64,000 nucleotides of DNA from Bdellovibrionales bacterium (GTDB lineage Bacteria > Bdellovibrionota > Bdellovibrionia > Bdellovibrionales > JAUICD01): the NCBI GenBank assembly GCA_965262715.1, contig OZ253553.1:2656001-2720000 (forward strand). The letters run 5' to 3'. The position numbers were made by a program, and so were the translations under genes. Below, in pieces: positions 41,280 through 50,530 of this stretch (position 1 is the first letter of the stretch; each line of letters starts with the position of its first letter). The notes beneath the pieces were generated by a model. That model was not told the origin of the DNA and searched no databases. It worked only from the letters and a program-made list of their open reading frames with translations.

Positions 41280-42749
41280 TTACATCATTAAAAAAAACTT
41301 TATTGGTATTTTTACAATGCCTTGCTTTTTGAGATGCTCTATATCGGCACTCTCAGATATGATGACTGCATAGTCCCCAGATATTTTTTTTAAGGTTTTA
41401 ATTGACTGCTTACAATCTTTTTTCCCCATTCCAGTCTCCATAACAATCTGTTTTTTGTTATCAATTTGAACAATAAAATCTGCTCCGCCTTTTTGAGGAT
41501 CATATCTTATATTTCCTATACCCTTGGCAGTAAATTCACAGGTTAAATGCATTGCAACGATATCTTCTAAGTATTTGCCAAAATAGTTTAAAAATGTTGA
41601 ATGTTTTCCTGTTATTCCTAAAAATGCAGCTCTGATAGTAGGAGATGCAAATAAATATTTTGATGGTTTTGTGATTTTAGATGGATTAGAACCATAAGGC
41701 GCAACTTTAATGAGCAGTTCTGTCTGTTCTATAGCATCAAGAAGCTGTTGAATAGTTATTTTAGAAAATTTCATACGATCCGCTAATTTATGAACACTCA
41801 ATGTATCACTTGAAGATATAAGAAATAATAACGTATTGATGGCATTGAGAGTCGTTTGATTAAAAGATTTGAGGTGAGTTATGTCTTCTAAAATGATTTT
41901 ATTTATAACCTCTTGTATGGATCTGAATACATGAGAAGTATTTGATATTTCAAGAGTTGATGGTATAGTGCCTTTTTGTAAATAGTTTCTGATTTCTATT
42001 TTTGGTTTTTCTGGTATCTTGACCCAATATTTCTGCACTTCAGAGTTTAATTTTTTTAATTTTGTATACACCTCTTGACTGTTTTTAGAATAATAAACAG
42101 CTTCTTTGATTTTTTCTTTAAGCTTTGGGTTGGGGTGAATGTTTCTTCCAAGCATTTGATACTCTGTAAAACTGAGTGGATATAATTTTTCAGTAATAAC
42201 TCTTCGGCTAATATCTACATTGGCTTGTAAAGTCAAAGCTGAAGAGCCAGTACAACAGATAAAGGCTTTTTTAGTAGAATCATATATGGTTTTTAAAGTA
42301 AGGCCCCATTGAGGATCATATTGAGCTTCATCAATAAACAAAAAAACTTGATACTCTAATGTTTCAAAAGATTCTCCTAATATCTCTTTATAAGATTCAA
42401 TGACATCTAATAAGCTAAAGCCTCGTATTTTGAGATCATCAAGAGATATGCACAAAATGCGTTTGTTATCATCTACTTTTTCATAAATATGCAAAAATAA
42501 CTGTGACAAAACAGTTGTCTTACCAATACCCCTTAATCCAGGTATCAAAAACCATCTTTTTTCAGACTTTAATAAATAAAAATCATCAAAATACTTTTTA
42601 AGTGTAGGATAAATATGCCTCTTAGGGTAGCTTGTCTTATCCTGATCTGCTCTAACAACACTGTTTTTCAACCGATTGTATCCTATACTTAACTGTTGTT
42701 GCACATACTCTGTAACTTGACTTTTCATTGCACTCTCCCTCAAATCCAT
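41280..42749 (-). CDS. AAA_14 ATPase with DUF4143-like C-terminal nuclease fold
   Basis: GLRGIGKTT, FIDEAQ, TGSS, PLSFTEY and ADFIV motifs. Confidence 0.85.
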   Translation of the reverse strand: MDLRESAMKSQVTEYVQQQLSIGYNRLKNSVVRADQDKTSYPKRHIYPTLKKYFDDFYLLKSEKRWFLIPGLRGIGKTTVLSQLFLHIYEKVDDNKRILCISLDDLKIRGFSLLDVIESYKEILGESFETLEYQVFLFIDEAQYDPQWGLTLKTIYDSTKKAFICCTGSSALTLQANVDISRRVITEKLYPLSFTEYQMLGRNIHPNPKLKEKIKEAVYYSKNSQEVYTKLKKLNSEVQKYWVKIPEKPKIEIRNYLQKGTIPSTLEISNTSHVFRSIQEVINKIILEDITHLKSFNQTTLNAINTLLFLISSSDTLSVHKLADRMKFSKITIQQLLDAIEQTELLIKVAPYGSNPSKITKPSKYLFASPTIRAAFLGITGKHSTFLNYFGKYLEDIVAMHLTCEFTAKGIGNIRYDPQKGGADFIVQIDNKKQIVMETGMGKKDCKQSIKTLKKISGDYAVIISESADIEHLKKQGIVKIPIKFFLMM

Positions 42750-42774
42750 AGCTTATACATTTAAAATGTACCAG

Positions 42775-42868
42775 TTTTAGTATATTGTAATATATTAAAA
42801 ATATCAACTTTTAATATACTAAGATATACTAAAACGATTATTCTTTAGTATATTCTAGTATACTAAAA
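42775..42868. promoter_or_regulatory. Triple palindromic operator array with 34-bp period
   Basis: YTTTARTATA-N6-TATAYTAAAA at 42775, 42809 and 42843. Confidence 0.65.
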
Positions 42869-43398
42869 ATACAAATTAGAATATGGTACTCAAGGCAATT
42901 CTTATTACAGAGCTAAAATGAGGGATTTTGTGGAGATGACTCTCATCATCTGAAGTCATGCTTCAATTTATCATAATAATTTGAAGTTATATCCCTGTGA
43001 ATTTAGGATTGTAAGAGAAAATGATATTTCTATAGAACTTCTCATAAAAATTATTGTAACATTAGAAAACAAAATATTTTTTGTTTAAATGTGTAGTTTG
43101 TTTCATTTATATATACAATTTAAATAAAGAATCACTTATATCTTACCGATAATTAAACATAGTATCTTTTTTAAATCACAAAATTCTTAACATCACAGTT
43201 TTTCTTCTACTTAACAAAAATAAATGAAAGGGCATTCAAAGTGAATGGCTTGTATAAAACAAAGCATACTTAGAAGCATTACTTTATGCCTATTCATATT
43301 ATTATGCTTACAGAAAGACTGCATATAGTGTGGATCTTGCTAGAAATATCCTAAAGATTGATGCTCGCTGAAACAAAGGTTCTGTAGCTTTTGTCATG

Positions 43399-43653
43399 CT
43401 AGGATAAAAGAGGGTCTAATTTACCTTGATCATCTAAGTTGGCAAGTTCTTGGAAGCCTCCAATAAACTTGTCATCAATAAAGATTTGAGGGACTGTTCT
43501 CATACCTGTTTGTTTTTGAAGTTTCTGAAAGTCTTCTATATTTTCATCAGTGAAGCAAATGTCTTCAAATGGTTGATTTTTATTTTGAAATAAATGTTTT
43601 GCTCTGTCGCAATAAGGGCAATAGGTTTTAGAATAAATTACCACTTTAGCCAT
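43399..43653 (-). CDS. grxC: Glutaredoxin 3
   Basis: CPYC, TVPQIFI and IGG motifs. Confidence 0.92.
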   Translation of the reverse strand: MAKVVIYSKTYCPYCDRAKHLFQNKNQPFEDICFTDENIEDFQKLQKQTGMRTVPQIFIDDKFIGGFQELANLDDQGKLDPLLS

Positions 43654-43988
43654 AAATATCTCCTTTTTGAGTAGAATAACAGAATGACAGTTTTTTTGGC
43701 AGAGTTATTATTATGAGGCTTATCTTATATTATAATAAAAGTGTGACTTTTTATTCACATAGAGCTTTTAGCTTTTATTATAGATGTAGGTAGCTTATAG
43801 ATTGATTATTTCATATCTATTTTAAGAGTTGTCAATTTGAGTTATTTGCAATATTAAGTTTAAAGCTAAATCTAAATTTGATGAGATATATAATTTATCA
43901 TTTATTTATCATTTATTTTTTATAATATCTTTTGCATTTTTTGATAGAAAGTGATATAGGTGCAAGTTAGGTTATTAGGCACTTTACA

Positions 43989-45041
43989 ATGAGAGACAAC
44001 ATCTTAGATAAGAGATCACAATATAAAAAGGCAGGGGTTGATATTCAAGCTGGCGAGGAGCTTGCTGATTGGTTGAAAGACCATGTATCACAATCTGCTT
44101 CTAACAGGTCTGATGAACTTCAAAAACATCTTATATCAGGTATTGGAGGCTTTGCTTCTGTTTTTAGGCTTCCTACTGGTTATAAAAAACCTTGTTTAGT
44201 GAGCTGTACAGATGGGGTGGGCAGTAAGCTTCTCTTAGCTATTCAATCTGGTAAGTTTCGAAGCTTAGGGAAAGATTTAGTAGCTATGTGTCTTAATGAT
44301 TTGATTGTGCAAGGGGCATCTCCCTTATTTTTTCTAGATTATTTTTCAACGGGAAGGCTAGATATGACTTTGACTAAAGAATTTCTTTTAGGAGTCAATC
44401 TGGCTTGTAAGGAAGGGAGATGTTTGCTTGTGGGGGGTGAAACAGCTGAGATGCCAGGTTTTTATCCAAAAGGGCACTTTGACTGTGCTGGCTTTGCTGT
44501 AGGTGTTGTTGAAGAGGATCAATTGATTACCGGTGCGAACATGCAGGAAGGGGATTATGTTTTGGGTATTGAAAGTTCGGGATTTCATAGTAATGGTTAT
44601 TCTCTTTTACGTGAGATATTTAAACATGACCTTGAAAGTTATCTTGATCAGCTGCTTATTCCTACTAGGTTGTATGTTGAGCCTATTTGCAATCTTTTAA
44701 AGCAGAAGGTGGATATTCATGGTATGGCCCATATTACAGGTGGAGGTATGGACAATATCAGTCGTGTTTTGAAAAAAGGATTATCTTTAACTATAGAAGA
44801 TTGGGTATGGCCTCCTATTTATAAGGAGATCCAAAATCGGACAGGTATGGGTGTTAAAGAAGCCTTAAAAACCTTTAATTGTGGTATTGGTTACGTTTTG
44901 ATCATTCCGCCAAAATTCTTGAATGCCGTTCAAAAGGAGTTTGATCTTCATAAATGGAAATCTCGTCGTCTTGGCATTCTTAAGTTGAGTGATTATTCAT
45001 CTTTGCATTACAAACTTGACGAACAGATAGAAAATAAATAA
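43989..45041 (+). CDS. purM: Phosphoribosylformylglycinamidine cyclo-ligase
   Basis: YKKAGVDI, TDGVGSK, GGETAEMPG, SSGFHSNGYSL and HITGGG motifs. Confidence 0.96.
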   Translation: MRDNILDKRSQYKKAGVDIQAGEELADWLKDHVSQSASNRSDELQKHLISGIGGFASVFRLPTGYKKPCLVSCTDGVGSKLLLAIQSGKFRSLGKDLVAMCLNDLIVQGASPLFFLDYFSTGRLDMTLTKEFLLGVNLACKEGRCLLVGGETAEMPGFYPKGHFDCAGFAVGVVEEDQLITGANMQEGDYVLGIESSGFHSNGYSLLREIFKHDLESYLDQLLIPTRLYVEPICNLLKQKVDIHGMAHITGGGMDNISRVLKKGLSLTIEDWVWPPIYKEIQNRTGMGVKEALKTFNCGIGYVLIIPPKFLNAVQKEFDLHKWKSRRLGILKLSDYSSLHYKLDEQIENK

Positions 45042-45106
45042 AGCGATTAATTTTTATTTTGCTTAAGCCGACATATTTTTATGTCTATTTAAGTGAAGGG
45101 AAGATT

Positions 45107-45301
45107 ATGAACTCTCAAGAAAATCAATTACAAAATTTGACTAATGATTCTATTATAGCTGAATATCATTGTTGTTATCTTTGTGGTGAACAGTTGGTTT
45201 TTTCATATAAAACGGATGATTTTTACCAAAAGATTATTGAGCAATCAGTTTGTAAGAGTTGTGGTTTTAAGAGTAAACCAAAACAATTTAGCTTGCAGTA
45301 A
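45107..45301 (+). CDS. Small zinc-ribbon protein
   Basis: CYLC...CKSC pairs; start inferred at MNSQ. Confidence 0.6.
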   Translation: MNSQENQLQNLTNDSIIAEYHCCYLCGEQLVFSYKTDDFYQKIIEQSVCKSCGFKSKPKQFSLQ

Positions 45302-45361
45302 TACTTGGCACTTTAGCTCAAATGATTCTAACTTATTTGTAATGTAGTCAAGTTAGAGGAC

Positions 45362-46006
45362 TTACTCTAAAGGAAAGACATAAGTGGTTTGGAGTACTTT
45401 ATCTTTTAAAGTGTAAAACTCTATAGGATGTTTTTGAGTGATTAGGCCTTTAGTTTTGATGAATTTTTTAACTTTAGGATATACTTTCCAAGGGCTAATA
45501 GCAGGTGATCCTTTAAAATAAGCTATAACTGATTTTGTTTTAGGCAGTTTTTTGACATGATATATTGAAGGTATTTGTTTGGGAGTGTTATTTATGACAC
45601 AACCGGCATGGCTTTTTAGATATTGTGTTTGTATTTTTTCTGGATCACTTAAATACTCACCAAAGGTTGTTTGACAGTCATAGCCATTTTTCCATGCCCA
45701 TTTTTCAACTTCAGTAATACTTGAATTGATTTTATGATAAGCACCAGTATGATTTTTATAGATGAGGTACTTTGGTCCAAAAAAACTAATTTCTATAGAA
45801 ACGGTTTTAAATCCACCTAATCGTATGTAAATTACGAAAGCAAAACTACAGAGAGTTGTGATGCAGAATAAAATAATTAACATTATAATACTCTTTTGAT
45901 TATTTAATTTTTTCATAACAAAGTTAATTAAAGGAAAAAAGTGTATAAGGCAAGGGCTTGCTTGTTTTGTAAAATCAGTTTTTAATAATTCAATGGAATT
46001 GATCAA
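45362..46006 (-). CDS. GyrI-like small-molecule-binding protein with N-terminal TM
   Basis: HTGAYHKI, TFGEYLSDP and FKGSPAISPWKVYPK motifs; true start probably near 45917. Confidence 0.7.
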   Translation of the reverse strand: MINSIELLKTDFTKQASPCLIHFFPLINFVMKKLNNQKSIIMLIILFCITTLCSFAFVIYIRLGGFKTVSIEISFFGPKYLIYKNHTGAYHKINSSITEVEKWAWKNGYDCQTTFGEYLSDPEKIQTQYLKSHAGCVINNTPKQIPSIYHVKKLPKTKSVIAYFKGSPAISPWKVYPKVKKFIKTKGLITQKHPIEFYTLKDKVLQTTYVFPLE

Positions 46007-46490
46007 ATATATTCAAAAAATCAAAATATTGATATGTGATTTAGATGGTGTTTTCACAGATGGTCGTATTTGGTTAGGTCCTGAGGGTCATTGGAGGCGC
46101 GCATTTTATGTACATGATGGTGTTGGTATTAAAAGGCTACAAAAAGCAGGTTATAAAGTGGCCATCATTACAATGTCTGATGCAGAGGATGTAAGAAAAA
46201 GAGCAGCTTATTTAGGTGTAGATTATTTTTACGATAAAGTTTTAGAAAAAGCCACACCTTATGCCGATCTATTAAAAAAGACAAAATTCGATACAAATCA
46301 GACAGCTTATATAGGTGATGATCTTCCGGATGTTCCTATTCTTCAAAAATGTGGTTTTAGCGCAAGTGTGCCTAATGGAATGGATGATGTAAAAAAAATA
46401 GTACATTATGTGACTAAAAGTCCAGGAGGAAGAGGCGCAGTTAGGGAAGTATGTGAACTTTTATTAAAATATGGTTATTATAGTAGGTAA
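45993..46490 (+). CDS. kdsC: KDO 8-phosphate phosphatase
   Basis: DLDGVFTDG, DGVGI, YIGDDLPD and GGRGAVRE motifs. Confidence 0.9.
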   Translation: MELIKYIQKIKILICDLDGVFTDGRIWLGPEGHWRRAFYVHDGVGIKRLQKAGYKVAIITMSDAEDVRKRAAYLGVDYFYDKVLEKATPYADLLKKTKFDTNQTAYIGDDLPDVPILQKCGFSASVPNGMDDVKKIVHYVTKSPGGRGAVREVCELLLKYGYYSR

Positions 46491-46515
46491 GGTAGGGCTG
46501 TGAAAAAGGCAGGAA

Positions 46516-46675
46516 CGATTTCCTTAACATAATATAAAAAGAATGGGGGTATCTGTGTTACTAAAAATGAACGGATTTTTGAGACAGTCAGCATTTTCTG
46601 AAGACTTTGAGTCTTCAGGCCGACTGTCCAAAAACAGCCAGAGGCTTGCCTCGAGAGGCTGGTTCATTTTTAGTG
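46516..46675 (+). repeat. Dispersed structured repeat inserted at the 5' end of a beta-barrel gene
   Basis: ACTAAAAATGAAC/GTTCATTTTTAGT; TTTTTG-A-GACAGTC/GACTGTC-CAAAAA; CTGAAGAC/GTCTTCAG. Confidence 0.85.
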
Positions 46676-47418
46676 TATATATACTGGTGATGTTTTGTTT
46701 TACAGGGCATATTTTTGCGCAAGATGATGTTCATTTGACAGATAAAGAGCTTGCAAGAGAGTCTGTCTTGCCAGTTATTGAGAATCCTCAATCAGTAAGG
46801 AACCGTAATGTGTCTAAGGCAGGTTCATTAAGTCTTTATCCTTTAGCTGGTGCTGTGGTCAATAATCCATTTTTCTTTAACTTAGCTTTTGGAGGAACTA
46901 TTGGCTATCATTTCAATGAATTTCATAGTATTAATTTACTTGGTGCTTATATGTATAGCACTTCAACAAAGTATGTGGATGATATTGTTAATAATGATGA
47001 GCTTACAAATGATGGAGGGGGTATTATTAGAAGTCATTTAAGGGAGTTTAAAAACTTTCCTAAAGTTAATTTGTTAGCACTTCTGATGTATGAGTTTTCT
47101 CCTTTGTATGGTAAGATGAGTTTTTCAAAAAATATGGTTTTAAATACTGACCTCGTACTTTCAGCAGGAGGTGGAACAATTATTTTTGGTGGTGGAAATT
47201 ACTTGCCTGCTTTTACTCTAGGGATAGGACAGAGGTTTTATTTTGGAAAGAACTGGGGGATTCGATTTGATCTTATGGGATTGATGTATCCTGGTCCTAA
47301 TTACACTTCTCTAAAAGGACCACCAATACTTGATAATAATGAATATACTTTAGAGAACTTTAATCGTCAGTTCACTTTTCACTTCTTATGTTCTGTAGGT
47401 CTTGTTGTTTTATTTTAA
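46543..47418 (+). CDS. Outer-membrane beta-barrel protein of the gliding cluster (GltA/B/H-like)
   Basis: SVRNRNVSKAG, NNPF, GYHFNE and FSPLYGKMS motifs; paralog of the next gene. Confidence 0.75.
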   Translation: MGVSVLLKMNGFLRQSAFSEDFESSGRLSKNSQRLASRGWFIFSVYILVMFCFTGHIFAQDDVHLTDKELARESVLPVIENPQSVRNRNVSKAGSLSLYPLAGAVVNNPFFFNLAFGGTIGYHFNEFHSINLLGAYMYSTSTKYVDDIVNNDELTNDGGGIIRSHLREFKNFPKVNLLALLMYEFSPLYGKMSFSKNMVLNTDLVLSAGGGTIIFGGGNYLPAFTLGIGQRFYFGKNWGIRFDLMGLMYPGPNYTSLKGPPILDNNEYTLENFNRQFTFHFLCSVGLVVLF

Positions 47419-47829
47419 GATGGTTTCTAAGATTTAAAATATATTTTTGTTAACATTTCCAATTTCTGTAAATAATATGATATATAGAAAACTTAAGATA
47501 AATTGGTGTTGATGATGGATATCAATAGATCCTTGTTGGCTGACACTAATGCCAGTTTGCCAGGCTACCAGATTCCAGAATATATGTTGTAAAATGCAAT
47601 ATCTATTTTTGAGACTATTTCTGCTCATATTTAATTTCTAAAGCTTTTATTAGATAGACTTTAGATTTTCTTTAGTTCTATAATAAACTTATGCTTGGTA
47701 TTTTAAAAGGTTATACTAGTAGAGTTATAGTCTAGATTTGCTTTATCTATTGTCTGGCTTTTGTTCACTCATTTCTAAAAATAGCAATACAATGTATATA
47801 AGAGGTCTTAAGAATCAGGGGATATTTTT

Positions 47830-48633
47830 ATGTTTCGTTTTTTATTTATTGTGGTTGCTCTTTGTTTTTGTTTAATTCAAAATTCCTTTGCACAATTATC
47901 AGATAGGGGACAAAGACGGGTAGTTGCTCAAAATCAACAAAGACCATCTTCTACAGATAATTATTCAGCAGAGGACCTAAGACAATTAGTTCTTTTTAAA
48001 GACATTGTTGTGATACAGAGAAGGTTTTTACCTAAGGTTTCACGTTTTGAATTTCATCCCAGTATTAGATGGATCATTAACGATCCTTTTCATTATCACT
48101 TTATGGGATTTGGTAAAATTGGCTATCACTTCAGTGAACCTTTAGGTATTGAACTTTTTGGTGGTATAGTATTTGGTCCTAATCGTAAAGTCACAAATGA
48201 TCTGCAAAGAATAAATATTCAAGTTAGTTCAGTGGTATTTCCTAAGTGGCTCTATGGTGCTGCAATTAAGTGGTCTCCTCTTTATGGTAAGTTTGGAGGA
48301 GTAGGTAATACTATTTTACCTTTTGATATGTATTTTAGTTTAGGGGGTGGTCTGTCCCACCTTGAAACAACAGTTAAACTTGAAGGAGATGAGGTATTCG
48401 CTTGTAATGCTAATGCTATTACAGTGAACATAGAAGCAGGTCAATTGATCCCCTTTTCCAAAAGCAGTGCATTGAGGTGGAGCGTTGGATGGTTTTTACA
48501 TCCTAAGATATTTGAATGGGAATGTGAAAGAGGGATTTCGTTAGGATCAGACCAAGCACCAAGGGGGTTTGTACAAGATATTTATCTTTCTTTAGGATGG
48601 AGTTTCTTTTTCCCTGGAGCAAAGTATAGATAA
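47830..48633 (+). CDS. Outer-membrane beta-barrel protein of the gliding cluster (GltA/B/H-like)
   Basis: VIQRRFLPK..RFE, NDPF, GYHFSE and WSPLYGK motifs. Confidence 0.75.
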   Translation: MFRFLFIVVALCFCLIQNSFAQLSDRGQRRVVAQNQQRPSSTDNYSAEDLRQLVLFKDIVVIQRRFLPKVSRFEFHPSIRWIINDPFHYHFMGFGKIGYHFSEPLGIELFGGIVFGPNRKVTNDLQRINIQVSSVVFPKWLYGAAIKWSPLYGKFGGVGNTILPFDMYFSLGGGLSHLETTVKLEGDEVFACNANAITVNIEAGQLIPFSKSSALRWSVGWFLHPKIFEWECERGISLGSDQAPRGFVQDIYLSLGWSFFFPGAKYR

Positions 48634-48721
48634 TGAAATGAAATTTATATCTATAATTATGATTTATGATGCCGATATATAGTAAAAGATGATTTCATTT
48701 CATTCAATCTAGGATAAGGTC

Positions 48722-50356
48722 ATGATAAGACTGAAATTACAGTGGTTTATTTTTATTTTTGCTTATCTCATTATCGATGTAGATATACATTCCTTTTTAT
48801 CTGTGGATATTAAAACATCCTCATTTGGTATATCGTCATTGCAAGCACAAGAGCAAAAAAGAAGAAGAGTGAGAAGACGATCTCCAGCGTCTAGGCAATT
48901 AAATTCTGCGTTAATCTCAGCAAAACAAGGTGACTTTACAGAAGCGTCTCTCAAATTATTTAATTTACGTTCTCATCCTGATTTTAGAAATAGAAGAGGA
49001 AAAATTTATTATCTACTAGGACTTATGCTTTTTAAGATGGACTTGCATCAAGTATCAGCTTTTCAGTTCAGTGAAGTAATTAGTAGACAGGATAAAAAAT
49101 ATCTTCAACCTAGTATAGAAAAGCTTATTCGTTTGACATCTGAAATTTTAAATTCAGATGCTGTTTTAAATTATTCTTTAGGTAGAATTAACTTAAAAAG
49201 ATTTCCCAAAAAATATAGAGATCAATTGCAACTCCGTATTGGTGAAGCTCAAATAAAAAATAAACAATTCACAGAAGCTATTCGCACTCTTGGACGTGTG
49301 AATGAAGGTAGCTTTGCTTATCCAAAAGCAAAATATCTAGAGGGTTTAGCCTATGTAGAAAATGATCAACCAAAGAGAGCTTTTCGATCTTTTGCAAAAT
49401 TAGCAGATAGTAGATCTGAGCGACCAGTTAATGATTCTGTACGCACTACAGCTCTTATGGGAATGGCCAGAATGTCCTATCAACTTCAAGATTGGGATCG
49501 TGCAATAGAATTGTATAGACGTATCCCCAAAGACACAGAGCAATGGTTTGACTCTCTCTTTGAAATTACATGGGCACAACTTAGGGCAGCTAAATTGAGG
49601 TTTACATTGGGAAATTTCCATTCTTTGCATTCGCCTCATTATGAAGCAAACTATCAACCTGAATCTTTAATTTTAAGAGCTATTTTATATCTATATATTT
49701 GTCAATATGATGAAATGGGAAGAACATTAAGCTTTTTTGAGAAAGTTTATTTCCCTGCAAGGAAAAAGTTGAGAAAGTATATGGGTACTAATCCTAGTCC
49801 TAAAAATATTTATAAGGACTTTGATTTAGTGTATCAAAGTCATGCCTCATATCAAAGCCAAGAAAGTATGAAGATCCCTTACATTGTCGCAAAAAGCATT
49901 CTTAGAGAAGGAGATGTTAAGGATGGAATGTCCTATATCACACAAGTGAATGCGGAATTGGAGAAAGTCCAGAATATGCCGGATCATTGGCAGAACTCTA
50001 AACTTGGACGTTATGCTAAAAGGCTTTTAAGTAAGAGAATACAAAACGCTCAACTTACAATAGGACAGAACATTGCTGCCCATATGAGACGTATAAGAAA
50101 AGAACTAGCACAAATGATTAGTCAACATGGATTGGCTCGATATGAGATGTTGAATGCTAAAAAAGATACTCTTAAAACTAAAATTGCATTAAAAAAGAGC
50201 ATGGGAAAAAGCATGCAAGCTGAAAAAGGTAGAAGCTTTTATGTGCAAGGTGGTTATGAGTACTGGCCTTTTCAGGGGGAATATTGGCTAGATGAGCTTG
50301 GTAATTATTACTATTTAGGCGTCAATAGCTGTGAGAAATATGCAAAAAATAATTAA
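48722..50356 (+). CDS. gltC: TPR gliding-motility protein, GltC-like
   Basis: TPRs and C-terminal YEYWPFQGEYWLDELGNY...C. Confidence 0.7.
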   Translation: MIRLKLQWFIFIFAYLIIDVDIHSFLSVDIKTSSFGISSLQAQEQKRRRVRRRSPASRQLNSALISAKQGDFTEASLKLFNLRSHPDFRNRRGKIYYLLGLMLFKMDLHQVSAFQFSEVISRQDKKYLQPSIEKLIRLTSEILNSDAVLNYSLGRINLKRFPKKYRDQLQLRIGEAQIKNKQFTEAIRTLGRVNEGSFAYPKAKYLEGLAYVENDQPKRAFRSFAKLADSRSERPVNDSVRTTALMGMARMSYQLQDWDRAIELYRRIPKDTEQWFDSLFEITWAQLRAAKLRFTLGNFHSLHSPHYEANYQPESLILRAILYLYICQYDEMGRTLSFFEKVYFPARKKLRKYMGTNPSPKNIYKDFDLVYQSHASYQSQESMKIPYIVAKSILREGDVKDGMSYITQVNAELEKVQNMPDHWQNSKLGRYAKRLLSKRIQNAQLTIGQNIAAHMRRIRKELAQMISQHGLARYEMLNAKKDTLKTKIALKKSMGKSMQAEKGRSFYVQGGYEYWPFQGEYWLDELGNYYYLGVNSCEKYAKNN

Positions 50357-50530
50357 TTAATAATTATTTAAAAAAAATTAAGAAAACACAGCTCAATATC
50401 CGAAAAAAATTAAAGACCTTCGGGTTAATGAATGCAAATTAGCTGAATATTTATTTGCTTCATTATCCTTATTTTCCTTTTATTAAAAAATAAGGTAAGA
50501 AATGAATCGGTTAATATGTAGAGGTAGACT

